From the NCBI GenBank assembly GCA_028277625.1, contig JANQFW010000038.1, positions 903 to 64,902 of the forward strand: 64,000 nucleotides of DNA, in the 5' to 3' direction. The notes beneath the pieces were generated by a model that had not been told where the DNA came from, made no database searches, and saw only the letters and a list, made by a program, of their open reading frames with translations. Source of the DNA: Candidatus Gastranaerophilales bacterium (GTDB lineage: Bacteria > Cyanobacteriota > Vampirovibrionia > Gastranaerophilales > JANQFW01). Positions 21,115 to 31,340 of this stretch are shown piece after piece (the first letter of the stretch is position 1; every line of letters begins with the position of its first letter). Position numbers and translations under genes: made by a program.

Positions 21115-22221
21115 TTAGTATGGACAAATACAATTTTGCCTTTGCTCTTCAAAGACCTTGCCAGGCTTACCAAATAGCATTCTTGGGAGTAAAAATCTTT
21201 TACCTAGCATAACTTGAGCGCCATTACTTAGACAATAAAGATTTTTGGTAGTTATATTTGCATTATCCAGCAAACAATTGAGCTTGCCAAAAGTAACATG
21301 CAAACTTCTGGTAGCGCAATCTACGTTTCTGGTAATATTTCTTAGGTTTATAGACGTGTATTTTAAGCTTTCCATAGTATCGTCTAAATTTTTCATCGTC
21401 ATAGCTAACTCTCTAGAGGTAGTTATTTTATCAATATTTTCCGTGAAAGACTCAACATTTGTAGTGATATCTATTATATTATCTTTAAGCTTTTTGTCTT
21501 TGGTAATAGAATTAATATTTTGGGATATTTTTTCTATATTTTGAGCTGTTCTGCTGAAAGCAGCTATTGTTTTATTTATACTGATTCGATTTTCTTTTAT
21601 TATAGAGTTTATTTCATCTACAGCTTGCTCAACTTTTTTTGTTGTTTTGTTAATATTTGTCATTGTTTCGGTAAAGTCACCACTAACTGTATCTAGAGTA
21701 CCTTTTTCCAATTGCTCTTCTATAAATGCGTCAAGGCTTGGGGCGGCTTCGGCTTGTATTACAATATTATGCCTCAGCTTTTTTTTAGAAGGTTTTTCTG
21801 GCAGATTTAGCTGGATGTATTCTTTATTTGTATTTTTGTTAATTTTTAATGTTGCTATGATATTACTCGGCAGCTTCATAAACATAGACTTTAGCCTAAA
21901 GTAAGCATAAGTCTTTTTTAAGTCATCGCTTAGTTTTATTTTATATATTTTACTGATTTTATGCCCTTTAAATTCAACAACTGTACCTTTGGGTACAATC
22001 TGAGAATCTTGAAATTCTAGAATAATTGTAGGTTTTAGCACGTATTTAAAAATATATAAAATAACGAATACTGATAAAAAAACAACGGGAATAATTAAAA
22101 ATATTTTTTTGTGCTTTGTAAAAAATGCAATTATTGTATTTATAAAATTAAGCATAAAAAACTCCTGCGCTTTTACAGGATATTCTATACAAAATTCTTT
22201 TATATTTATACCGCTTATCAA
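21115..22221 (-). CDS. MCE/MlaD-family protein
   Basis: N-terminal TM, KGTVVEFKGHKISKI MCE motif, long helical C-terminus; start may be at MLNF or later. Confidence 0.8.
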   Translation of the reverse strand: MISGINIKEFCIEYPVKAQEFFMLNFINTIIAFFTKHKKIFLIIPVVFLSVFVILYIFKYVLKPTIILEFQDSQIVPKGTVVEFKGHKISKIYKIKLSDDLKKTYAYFRLKSMFMKLPSNIIATLKINKNTNKEYIQLNLPEKPSKKKLRHNIVIQAEAAPSLDAFIEEQLEKGTLDTVSGDFTETMTNINKTTKKVEQAVDEINSIIKENRISINKTIAAFSRTAQNIEKISQNINSITKDKKLKDNIIDITTNVESFTENIDKITTSRELAMTMKNLDDTMESLKYTSINLRNITRNVDCATRSLHVTFGKLNCLLDNANITTKNLYCLSNGAQVMLGKRFLLPRMLFGKPGKVFEEQRQNCICPY

Positions 22222-22282
22222 TTAAATCTAGTATTAATCTTTTTACAGTATAGTTTAATTTACGAGCCATAACTCAATTAAC

Positions 22283-22311
22283 TAATCTAAAAAGTTTTTT
22301 GAGTTAGTATA
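22283..22311 (-). repeat. dispersed repeat copy C
   Basis: Minus strand TATACTAACTCAAAAAACTTTTTAGATTA; possible distal arm at 22229-22248. Confidence 0.75.
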
Positions 22312-22389
22312 ATTTCCCGACTCTATAGAATTAGAAAAAGAAAAGCCTTACTATTCTTTTTATTTCAATAATAAAGCTTTAAAGTTTTA

Positions 22390-22548
22390 TTATAATTTTG
22401 TTAATAAAAGATAATAAATAGAAAATAAACTAAGAGAAACTGCAGCAAACCACCAAATCATAACTGGATGCTGATTTTTACATATGCTTAAGATTTCATC
22501 AAACATAGACATTTCTGTGTCTAAATGTGTATCAGTCATTTTCTTCAT
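22390..22548 (-). CDS. small protein with C-terminal TM helix
   Basis: GAGGGG RBS before ATG 22548 (MKKMTDTHLD...); hydrophobic C-terminus. Confidence 0.55.
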   Translation of the reverse strand: MKKMTDTHLDTEMSMFDEILSICKNQHPVMIWWFAAVSLSLFSIYYLLLTKL

Positions 22549-22592
22549 AATCCAACCCCTCAATATTTTATTACTGTTCACCAATTTAATTT

Positions 22593-22665
22593 TAGATTAA
22601 CCTTTTCAAAAGCTAGTTTAATTTATTACTTTTAATAATCTGAAAAGTATTTTTTAGTTAGTACA
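22593..22665 (-). repeat. dispersed repeat copy D
   Basis: Minus strand TGTACTAACTAAAAAATACTTTTCAGATTA...TTGAAAAGGTTAATCTA. Confidence 0.75.
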
Positions 22666-22972
22666 TAACCTAGGAAACTAAATTTGAATGCCGAGTTAAC
22701 TAACCTTGTATATATGTATTTTTAATTATTTTAGGTACAGAAGCATCATCCGGTTGGATTAGACCCATTAAATTTTAAAAAATATTAATAAAAATACTTG
22801 ATATTAGTGCATTTTCAGAAAAAGATGCATTGTTAAAATTTATTAACAATCCCACATAAAATAAATATTTATGACTTATCTAAAATTTATCCCCTTGAGC
22901 AAAACTAGCCAATTTGTCTTTTATAAATTTTTATACTATTTTATATATTGCAATAGATAAATTTAAATAATT

Positions 22973-24055
22973 ATGAATAATCAGAATATTTATAAAAATA
23001 TATATGAAAATATCGCAACACCAATAATAATATGCGATAGTGAGTTGAAAATCATGCTTGCCAATAACGCCGCAAGCGAGCTTTTTAATGAAAAAAAAGA
23101 AAACCTTTTAGGTAAAATTTTATCTGATTTAATTTTATTGCCACAAGAGGGCTGCCCCATCTGCAAAGGCAATATAAATTCAAAATTCCTACCAGAAGAT
23201 TATGAGCACACAGCAGAAATAAAAAATAATAATAACGAAATAATTTCTGTAAGCGTTAAACATAAATTAATTGAAGACAACATATATATTTGCCAGTTTA
23301 TATTATTAAATGATTGCTCAAAACTAAACCAAGCACATATAGACTTTGTAAGCACAGTTAGCCACGAGCTAAGAACGCCTCTAACAAGCATAAAAGGATT
23401 TGCAGACACTTTACTAAGCGCTGGCGATAGGCTAGATAAAGAACAACAAAAACGCTTTATCACTATAATAAAAACACAAATAGATAGATTAACAAGGCTC
23501 GTGGAAGACTTATTAACCGTATCCAGGCTCGAAGCAAAAAAAGATAACTCTATTTACAAGGCAATAAACTTAAATGACTTTGTTGACATAATTATACAAA
23601 CTATATCACCAAAAGCGGAGGAACACTATATATACAAAAATATTATACCTAATTTACCACCGATATGGGCTGACTCTGATAAGCTAGAGCAGATTTTAAC
23701 TAACCTGGTTGATAATGCAATAAAATACTCACCCAAACAAACACAAGTAACAATAACTGCAAACTATGAACCAGAAAATCCTGACTATATACAGATAAAA
23801 ATAATAGATCAAGGTGTTGGAATAAAAGAAGAACACTTAACAAAAATATTTACAAAATTTTCAAGGCTGGACAATCCACTCACCCGTCAGATAGACGGCA
23901 CCGGGTTAGGATTATACATAACAAAATCCCTTGTTGAGTCTATGAATGGTATAATAAGTGTACAAAGCGATGGTAGCGGCTCAACTTTTATTATAAAACT
24001 ACCCGTCGCAACGCCGGAATTACAAATTAGCAAAAAGTTTTCAGAGAAAGACTAA
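22973..24055 (+). CDS. cytoplasmic PAS sensor histidine kinase
   Basis: PAS, VSHELRTPLTSIKG, NLVDNAIKY, DQGVGI, GTGLGL. Confidence 0.93.
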   Translation: MNNQNIYKNIYENIATPIIICDSELKIMLANNAASELFNEKKENLLGKILSDLILLPQEGCPICKGNINSKFLPEDYEHTAEIKNNNNEIISVSVKHKLIEDNIYICQFILLNDCSKLNQAHIDFVSTVSHELRTPLTSIKGFADTLLSAGDRLDKEQQKRFITIIKTQIDRLTRLVEDLLTVSRLEAKKDNSIYKAINLNDFVDIIIQTISPKAEEHYIYKNIIPNLPPIWADSDKLEQILTNLVDNAIKYSPKQTQVTITANYEPENPDYIQIKIIDQGVGIKEEHLTKIFTKFSRLDNPLTRQIDGTGLGLYITKSLVESMNGIISVQSDGSGSTFIIKLPVATPELQISKKFSEKD

Positions 24056-24060
24056 TATTT

Positions 24061-25365
24061 ATGTTTACGCAAGTAGTTCTAATTATTGACTCAAGAAAAG
24101 AGCTTTCTCAAAAATATAAAAAAATTATCCAACAAGAAAGCTATATCTATCCGGTAATAGCTAATGATTTAGATGAGGCAATAACAATTGTTGAAACCCT
24201 TGAGCCTGATTTAATTTTATTGGCAGACAGCTTTAACGAAAAATTACCCACTTTATGTACACAAATAAGAAGCTCATCACAAGCTTTTCGACCTGTAATT
24301 GTTGCAATTTCAAAGTCCAGTTATCTAGAAGATAAGCTTAATGCATTAAAGTCCGGCGCTGATGATTACCTAAGCGAGCCTATACAGTCAGAAGAGTTTT
24401 CTCTCAAAATATTTGTTCACTTAAGAAGGCACATAGAAGAGTTATCTGACCCTATAACATCATTGCCTATTGCTAATATTACATATAGAACCCTAAAAAG
24501 AGCAATAAATTCAAAAATATCATGGGCAATGCTCTATGTAGATATCGATAGCTTAGATGCGTATAACCAAATTTACGGCGACCTGGCAGCTGACAAAGTA
24601 TTGCAGGCTTACACTGCAATAATAAAATCCGCAATAGGCAAGAGCGACTATTTAGGTCATTTAAATAACAACAATTTTATAATCATAACCAGCCCAGAAA
24701 AATCTGACAAAATTGCAGCATTCTTAAACTATGCATTTGATTCTATCGCCCCAAAATTTTATTCAGAAGAAGATTCCAGCAGAGGCTATTTAATTTTAGA
24801 TGGAAATTATAAAGTAGGCAGGAAGATTCCACTTATTTCTACCAGCATAGGCGTAATATCAAACCTATGCAGAAACTTTAATGACTACAGAGAAGCTATT
24901 AACGAAGTTATTAATACATACAAACTTGCTAAAAATCAACCGGGATCTTCGTGGGTTAGCGATAAGCTAAAAATCTGCACGGTTGAGTCATGTATAGACA
25001 AAAAAACAGAGCCTACAAAGATTTTAATTGTTGAACCTGATGCAGCACTAGCATTTTTGCTAAAAACAACGTTAGAAATGCAAGGCTATAATATAGAGGC
25101 CACCAATAATTTAAATGAAATAAGCGACATGATTCAGAGCTATAATCCTAATTTAATAATATTAGATGCGGATCAAGAAAATTATGACAAATGCTTTAAT
25201 GCATGTTCAATAATAAAAAAGCAACATAGCCAAATTAAAATTATAATATCTACAACAATTCATGACAAAATACAAGTCCTAAATGCAGGTGCGGATTTGT
25301 ACTTGCCAAAACCGTACGAGCTTATGACTTTATTTAATTGGGTTGATAAATTTTTAAATAATTAA
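24061..25365 (+). CDS. REC - degenerate GGDEF - REC response regulator
   Basis: GADDYLSEP; YVDID..YNQIYG..AD; GHLNNNNF in place of GGDEF; second REC with GADLYLPKP. Confidence 0.8.
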   Translation: MFTQVVLIIDSRKELSQKYKKIIQQESYIYPVIANDLDEAITIVETLEPDLILLADSFNEKLPTLCTQIRSSSQAFRPVIVAISKSSYLEDKLNALKSGADDYLSEPIQSEEFSLKIFVHLRRHIEELSDPITSLPIANITYRTLKRAINSKISWAMLYVDIDSLDAYNQIYGDLAADKVLQAYTAIIKSAIGKSDYLGHLNNNNFIIITSPEKSDKIAAFLNYAFDSIAPKFYSEEDSSRGYLILDGNYKVGRKIPLISTSIGVISNLCRNFNDYREAINEVINTYKLAKNQPGSSWVSDKLKICTVESCIDKKTEPTKILIVEPDAALAFLLKTTLEMQGYNIEATNNLNEISDMIQSYNPNLIILDADQENYDKCFNACSIIKKQHSQIKIIISTTIHDKIQVLNAGADLYLPKPYELMTLFNWVDKFLNN

Positions 25366-25410
25366 TAAGCTAACAGGCATAAGTCTCGCTGCTAATATTC
25401 AGGCGTTTAT

Positions 25411-25905
25411 TTAAGTGGCATTTTTTTCCAAAGTCAAAAGTTGTTGCTTAATAGATACATCACCTAAATATCCGCCTAAATATCCACCCAATCCTCCATT
25501 GGCTCTTATAACCCTATGACAAGGGAATACTATGGGAAGAGGATTTTTAGAATTTGCATTAGCTACAGCCCTCTGGCCGGTAGGCTTATTTAACAACTCA
25601 GCAAAACCCCTATAACTTATTGTTGTTCCATAAGGTATCTTTAATAATCCATTCCAAACATGCTGCTGAAATTTTGTACCAAAAATAAATTCTGTATCAA
25701 TATCAAAAGTTTTGGTCTCACCTTTTAAATATTGATCAATAGATGATTTAGCGCTACTCAAAAAATCAATTTCTTCCTTAATTAAGTTATCTATGCTTTG
25801 ATCTAATTTGTTAAAGCTTATTTTAACAAGTTTTTCATCTTTAGAATATAAAAAAAGTGAACCTATTCCTTCAAAATTATAGTCAAAGTAATATATTTTA
25901 TCCAT
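25411..25905 (-). CDS. ogt: methylated-DNA--protein-cysteine methyltransferase
   Basis: IPYGTTISY, RAVANA, PCHRVI. Confidence 0.93.
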   Translation of the reverse strand: MDKIYYFDYNFEGIGSLFLYSKDEKLVKISFNKLDQSIDNLIKEEIDFLSSAKSSIDQYLKGETKTFDIDTEFIFGTKFQQHVWNGLLKIPYGTTISYRGFAELLNKPTGQRAVANANSKNPLPIVFPCHRVIRANGGLGGYLGGYLGDVSIKQQLLTLEKNAT

Positions 25906-28625
25906 TATTCGCTAACTCTTTCCATCGTTTGCTTCTGATCTACACACTCCGGTAATGTAAAGTAAAAAGTGGTACCAACGCCTTCTTTACTGGCAAAGCC
26001 AATTTCACCGCCCATTTTTTCAATAATAGCCTTTGTAATACTTAACCCTAAGCCACTACCTCCTCTTTTTCTTGAAGATGAAGCATCAACTTGATTAAAT
26101 TTTCTAAATAGCTTCTTTTGGCTTTCCTCCGGTATTCCTCGACCGTGGTCAATCACTAAAAACTTAATATTATCATTCTCTTTATCGATTATAATCTCTA
26201 CAACATCACCACTCAAGGTAAACTTAGCTGCATTAGACAGTAAATTAGAAAAAACCTGCATAAAGCGGCTTCTATCTACTTTAATCTTATAACCTTGAAG
26301 GTTAATGTTGCTCTTTAACATGTATTCAACCTGAAATTGTTTACCATAAGGCCTAGTCATATCTATGCTATTCTTAACCAGCGGTATAACTTCAGATACC
26401 TCCATGTTAAATTCCATTTTATTTTGCTTTATTTTTTCCAAATCTAGTATGTCATTAACAAGATTTAATAATCTAACGCTATTATTTTCTGCTATTTCAA
26501 TCATTTTGGTATATTTATCCGGGATATCACCAACTATTCCACTTAACAATAATTTTAAAGAGCCATGAATTGCAGTAATAGGAGTACGTAACTCATGACT
26601 GATAGTTGCAATAAACTCATCCTTTAAAGTGTCCACTTTTTTACGTTCACTTATATCTCTTATAACCAGAATTGTCTTGGATTCACCATCATATATAATA
26701 GTTGTCAGATATACTTCCACAGGAAATTTGTTGCCTGTTTGCTGAATAGCTTCTAATTCGACTGATTGTATTTTTCCAATGCTCTCTTGCGGCACGTTTG
26801 AATTTTTCATATATAAACTTTTAAAGTCAGGTATTAATAACTCAATACTATTATTAGTTAAATCTGCCTCATCATATCCAAAAATATCTATAACCCTAGA
26901 ATTAAAGCTTTCAATGCAATTATTATTTGTTAAGGTTATAATACCTTCCTTAATACCTTGCAAAATAGATGTTGTATAGTTTTCACGCTCTTCTAACCTG
27001 CTTGACATCCTATCTTCAAACACTTTTATTAAAATTTGCTGAGAAATATTATTTAAACTATCTATTTCATCCTGACCTAAGTATCTACTCTTGTCATTTA
27101 ATAAAAATATACCACCAATTAACTGCTGGTCAGTAGTTACAGGATAAATTCCAATATAATTAAATTGCTTTTGTTTATAATAGTCTATGATTTCAGTATT
27201 TTCACCAAAAAATTGATCCAAATCATCAATATTCACAAAATCTTTCGCATCTTTAAGCTTGTTAAACCAAAAATCTATTCTTTCTGCCAGCTTATAGTTA
27301 TCTATGGGCTTATTTCCGTTAAGGTTATAAATCCAGGACTCTTTGCCTTTTCCATCTTTATCAAAAAACTGTACAATTCTTACTTCATTAACTTGCAAAG
27401 TATTAGAAATTTCCTCACAGATATTGTCTAATGTTAAATTTAAATCATCATTTTTAGTTAAAATATTAGAAACTTTATGCAATAAAAGTTTCATTTCACT
27501 GCGCTTTTGCAATATATTTATTGTCTCTATTTGTTTTATTGACAAAAACAAATTTTCTGCTATTTCTTCAACAAGTACTTTTTCATCACGAGTCCATCTT
27601 CTCACGCTAGATTGAGTGAAAACAATTAGCCCCCATTCTTTATTTACCCCTTTGATTTTACCAGCAATAAAAGACTTGGTGGCATTTTTTAAAAAAACTT
27701 TTTTAAACGGCTCAGGCAAATTAGAATTTTCTATATCATCAATATCTAATATATTTTTATTAAAAAATATATTATCTACCTCATCTTTTGGATATCTTAC
27801 TCCACAAATGCTAAAAGCCTGCTCTTCAGTATGCTCTTTTACCAATTTTACTATTAATTCACCTTCATTTTTTGAGTATTTAATTAAAAGAACCCTAGAA
27901 GACTTTAACAAATCAGCAAGAGCAATACACAATTTGGAAAAAGGGTCTGTATAATCAGGCGTCGATTTGACAACTCTATTTATTATTCCTGTTAATAAAA
28001 TTTGCCTTTCTGACTTTTGACGATTATAATTTATTCGTTTCTGGAGTTTTAATGCTATTACTGCCTGTATTAAAACAAAAGCTGCAAATATAAATTTAAA
28101 TAATTTAAAATGATTTTGACTTTGCTCTCTATACTGAATGCTTAAATCATTTATTTCTCTTATAAACAAAGATAATTGAGTTGATAGGCTAGAATATTCT
28201 TGAAAAAACTTTAAAGGATCATCATTAAAAGACAAATTATCTAAATCAAGCCACGTATATTTAATTTCATCCCATAAAGTTATTAACTTTGGAGATGTAT
28301 TTAATAAATAATTATAAAATCCATCAAGCTTGTCTACCTGATTGCTTATTTTATATCTTAAAATTAAAGCTTTTTCTTTATCTTCATGTAGCAATGCTGT
28401 CCTTCTGAATGTAATGTACTCAGTTATACGATTTGACAATAAAGTTATATTATTTACATATTTAATAGTTTTATTCTCATTTGTATACAATTTAATTTCA
28501 AAATAGAATTGCGCAAATAAATTAATTAATATACATAGATTAATAATTAAAAGCAAGAAAAAGTATAGATTAAACTCTTTTATGCTAATTAGTCTAGATA
28601 TTAAATATTTAGTAATATTTTTCAT
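25905..28625 (-). CDS. membrane sensor histidine kinase (TM-GAF-GAF-PAS-HisKA-HATPase)
   Basis: ISHELRTP, NLLSNAAKF, DHGRGI, GGSGLGL; PAS and GAF-like segments. Confidence 0.9.
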   Translation of the reverse strand: MKNITKYLISRLISIKEFNLYFFLLLIINLCILINLFAQFYFEIKLYTNENKTIKYVNNITLLSNRITEYITFRRTALLHEDKEKALILRYKISNQVDKLDGFYNYLLNTSPKLITLWDEIKYTWLDLDNLSFNDDPLKFFQEYSSLSTQLSLFIREINDLSIQYREQSQNHFKLFKFIFAAFVLIQAVIALKLQKRINYNRQKSERQILLTGIINRVVKSTPDYTDPFSKLCIALADLLKSSRVLLIKYSKNEGELIVKLVKEHTEEQAFSICGVRYPKDEVDNIFFNKNILDIDDIENSNLPEPFKKVFLKNATKSFIAGKIKGVNKEWGLIVFTQSSVRRWTRDEKVLVEEIAENLFLSIKQIETINILQKRSEMKLLLHKVSNILTKNDDLNLTLDNICEEISNTLQVNEVRIVQFFDKDGKGKESWIYNLNGNKPIDNYKLAERIDFWFNKLKDAKDFVNIDDLDQFFGENTEIIDYYKQKQFNYIGIYPVTTDQQLIGGIFLLNDKSRYLGQDEIDSLNNISQQILIKVFEDRMSSRLEERENYTTSILQGIKEGIITLTNNNCIESFNSRVIDIFGYDEADLTNNSIELLIPDFKSLYMKNSNVPQESIGKIQSVELEAIQQTGNKFPVEVYLTTIIYDGESKTILVIRDISERKKVDTLKDEFIATISHELRTPITAIHGSLKLLLSGIVGDIPDKYTKMIEIAENNSVRLLNLVNDILDLEKIKQNKMEFNMEVSEVIPLVKNSIDMTRPYGKQFQVEYMLKSNINLQGYKIKVDRSRFMQVFSNLLSNAAKFTLSGDVVEIIIDKENDNIKFLVIDHGRGIPEESQKKLFRKFNQVDASSSRKRGGSGLGLSITKAIIEKMGGEIGFASKEGVGTTFYFTLPECVDQKQTMERVSE

Positions 28626-28673
28626 TAGAATAAATAATCCATATGATTATGATAATGAGTTAATATAATCTAC

Positions 28674-29186
28674 TTAGACAGTTATATGATTTAAAGTACC
28701 ACTTGCAAAACAATTTCTTACATGACAGATTGCAATGGCCATTGCGTCACTAGAATCATCCAATTTAGGAATCTGATCACTTTTTATAATTAACTTAATC
28801 ATTTCTTGTACATCACTTTTATTCGCCCTTCCGTATCCTGTAACAGTTTGTTTTATAACCAACGGAGTATACTCATTTATGGAAATTCCAAACTTCCTTA
28901 GCGTCAGCAAAATTACACCCCTTGCTTCACAAACAGGAACGATCGTTTTAGCATTCTTAAAAAAGAATAACTCTTCAACAGATGCAACATTAGGCTTATA
29001 TAGCCCTATAAGATAACTCAAATCTTGCGAAATTTCTAATAATCTACTTGGCTTATCCAATGACCTATCAGTTTGTATAGAACCCGACTCTACTACACTA
29101 TAGTGTTCTTCTCCATCAATTATTTGAGCATCTATTATCGAATAGCCCACTATTGCCATTCCAGGATCTATACCTATTATTCGCAT
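28674..29186 (-). CDS. ruvC: Holliday junction resolvase RuvC
   Basis: IIGIDPG, EELFF, ARGV, VTGYGRANK, DDSSDAMAIA. Confidence 0.96.
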   Translation of the reverse strand: MRIIGIDPGMAIVGYSIIDAQIIDGEEHYSVVESGSIQTDRSLDKPSRLLEISQDLSYLIGLYKPNVASVEELFFFKNAKTIVPVCEARGVILLTLRKFGISINEYTPLVIKQTVTGYGRANKSDVQEMIKLIIKSDQIPKLDDSSDAMAIAICHVRNCFASGTLNHITV

Positions 29187-29380
29187 TATATCTACCTAAC
29201 TAATCAAACCTAAATATTTTTTTATAAGCAGTAAAAAAAATTTACTTATACAAACTTAATCTTACTATATAAACACTTGTTTGAGAATATTCATTTAAGA
29301 TAAATTAAAGTAAGGAAATAATTAATTTTTTTTAATAATCACTTTAATAACTGACTAGTCAAACCAAAAAGGGCATAAAA

Positions 29381-29857
29381 ATGAAATTTTTTTGGGCGTC
29401 ATTATTAATTCTAACATTATTGCCAATTAAAACTGTTGCGAATCAGGCTAAGATAAAAATCAATAATATAGATATAACTGCTGAAGTTGCTAGCACTCCT
29501 GAATTAAAAAGGCAAGGGCTAATGTTCAGAAAATATTTACCCGAAAAAAATGGGATGATTTTTATATTTGATCACCCTCAAAAAACAAATTTTTGGATGA
29601 AAAATGTAAACTTTCCATTAGACATCATATTTATCAATAAAAACAAAATCATTAAAATATATAAAAATCTTCCAACTTGCAAAAATAAACCATGTCCTAT
29701 TTATCCATCCAAAGTACTTACAGAATACGCACTTGAATTAAACGGTGGCTTTTGTCAAAAATATGGAATTAAAACAGGACAAAGCATTATTTTTGATAAA
29801 AAGCTTGAATTTTTAAGAAAAAACCTGCAAAATAATAATAAAGGAATTAAATTATGA
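29381..29857 (+). CDS. DUF192-family protein
   Basis: AEVA...QGLMFR...GMIF...FWMKNVNFPLDIIF...ALELNGG. Confidence 0.9.
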   Translation: MKFFWASLLILTLLPIKTVANQAKIKINNIDITAEVASTPELKRQGLMFRKYLPEKNGMIFIFDHPQKTNFWMKNVNFPLDIIFINKNKIIKIYKNLPTCKNKPCPIYPSKVLTEYALELNGGFCQKYGIKTGQSIIFDKKLEFLRKNLQNNNKGIKL

Positions 29858-30225
29858 ATAATTATTTTAAAAAATATAAGAAGGTTTGCTTAATTGCATT
29901 ATTAGCTATTTTGTTTATAACTTATACTTTGCCGGCATTTGCATTAAATAAATACAAAGTAGTTTTTTTCTATGCAAATTGGAACGCAGATAGCAGGCAA
30001 GCAAAGCATGATTTATCCTATTTAACTAATCAGCATACTAATATAGACCTTATTAATTTAAATATAGATCAAAATACAACATTAGATACGGCAAGAAAAC
30101 TTGGATTAAGAGTTCCTAATAAAATTCCTTACATAATAATAATGAACAGTAACGATAAAATTCTTTATAAAAAGAAATACTCAGAATCCGCTTATAAAAA
30201 AATTAATAACATTGTTTCTAAATAA
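29854..30225 (+). CDS. exported thioredoxin-fold protein lacking CxxC
   Basis: Signal peptide; FYANWNADS at the WCxxC position; KIP cis-Pro loop. Confidence 0.6.
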   Translation: MNNYFKKYKKVCLIALLAILFITYTLPAFALNKYKVVFFYANWNADSRQAKHDLSYLTNQHTNIDLINLNIDQNTTLDTARKLGLRVPNKIPYIIIMNSNDKILYKKKYSESAYKKINNIVSK

Positions 30226-31164
30226 TTAAAAAATGTTCTTTTCCGGTTTTTGTACGACTATTGAACGAGATTCATTCACTTGTACTCTTGCCTGACTCAA
30301 CTTTTCTTTAATATCATCATCCAAGCTAGTACCATTTACCATTCTATCTATTAATCCATTATTTAATTTTACTGCTCTATTAAAGGCACCTATTTGCTCT
30401 AGCACATCTTTAATTTGCTCAAACTCATATGCATACTGTATCCTACTTGTACAAGTTAAAACTTCGCCTGTAGTTGCTTCAATATCGTTCCCACCTTCTT
30501 CAAAGTAAACTTTAAAAACCGACTTAATGTCAAATAGTTCAGCTTGCAAAGTTTGTATTGATTGCTGGATCCTTAAATATCTTTCAAACAAATAATTTAC
30601 GTTGTTAACCTGCGATAATTGCCAGTCATGCTTTTGATCATATAAATCTTTTAAGTATGGATAAGCTAATGCCAACCCTCTTGCATCAGCCATTGCCCTA
30701 TGTCGTACATCCGGTTTAATATAAAATCTTTCCAATAGCGCTAATAAACCATGAGAAGGCTCATCAGGAAAAACTTCTTTATACAGTTGCTGAGTATCTA
30801 TTTTTTTATTTTTTAATGAGGTCCCATATAGCTCACTGCAAGCTTGATTTAAAAAACTATAATCAAATATAACATTATGAGCAACTAAAGGATAATCGCC
30901 TATAAATTCAAGTATTTTAGGCAAGACTTCTTGCATTGTAGGTTTGCCTTCGAGCATCTCTGGTGTAATGCCGTGAATATTCATACTTGATTGACGGATA
31001 TCTTGTTTTGGGTCAATTAAAACTTCATATTCATCTACAATTTTATTATCTACAAGTTTTAATGCAGCAAATTCAATTATCTTTTCTCGTTTATAGTCTA
31101 AACCTGTCGTTTCTACATCCAATACAATTAATATATTATTTTCTTCCATCATTAATAATCTCAT
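30226..31164 (-). CDS. DEDDh 3'-5' exonuclease (DnaQ/PolC-exo-like) with C-terminal extension
   Basis: LDVETTG, IHGIT, VAHNVIFD, HRAMADA. Confidence 0.9.
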   Translation of the reverse strand: MRLLMMEENNILIVLDVETTGLDYKREKIIEFAALKLVDNKIVDEYEVLIDPKQDIRQSSMNIHGITPEMLEGKPTMQEVLPKILEFIGDYPLVAHNVIFDYSFLNQACSELYGTSLKNKKIDTQQLYKEVFPDEPSHGLLALLERFYIKPDVRHRAMADARGLALAYPYLKDLYDQKHDWQLSQVNNVNYLFERYLRIQQSIQTLQAELFDIKSVFKVYFEEGGNDIEATTGEVLTCTSRIQYAYEFEQIKDVLEQIGAFNRAVKLNNGLIDRMVNGTSLDDDIKEKLSQARVQVNESRSIVVQKPEKNIF

Positions 31165-31172
31165 TAAGTATT

Positions 31173-31246
31173 TATTACTGATCTTTTCAGGGTCTCTATT
31201 TATTCTAACATGCTTAAATAGCCTGAAAAGTATTTAGGGATAATAC
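31173..31246 (-). repeat. dispersed repeat copy E (degenerate)
   Basis: Minus strand GTATTATCCCTAAATACTTTTCAGG...CCTGAAAAGATCAGTAA. Confidence 0.6.
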
Positions 31247-31284
31247 TACTTAAATCATAACACAAAACGATATTTTAATACTAA

Positions 31285-31319
31285 TACAAAAAAAGAGCCT
31301 TTCGACTCTTTTTTTGTAT
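31285..31319 (-). terminator. intrinsic terminator after lepA-glgC-trx
   Basis: tacaaaaaaagag-cctttcga-ctctttttttgta. Confidence 0.7.
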
Positions 31320-31340
31320 AAATTATTTATAAATTTATGT

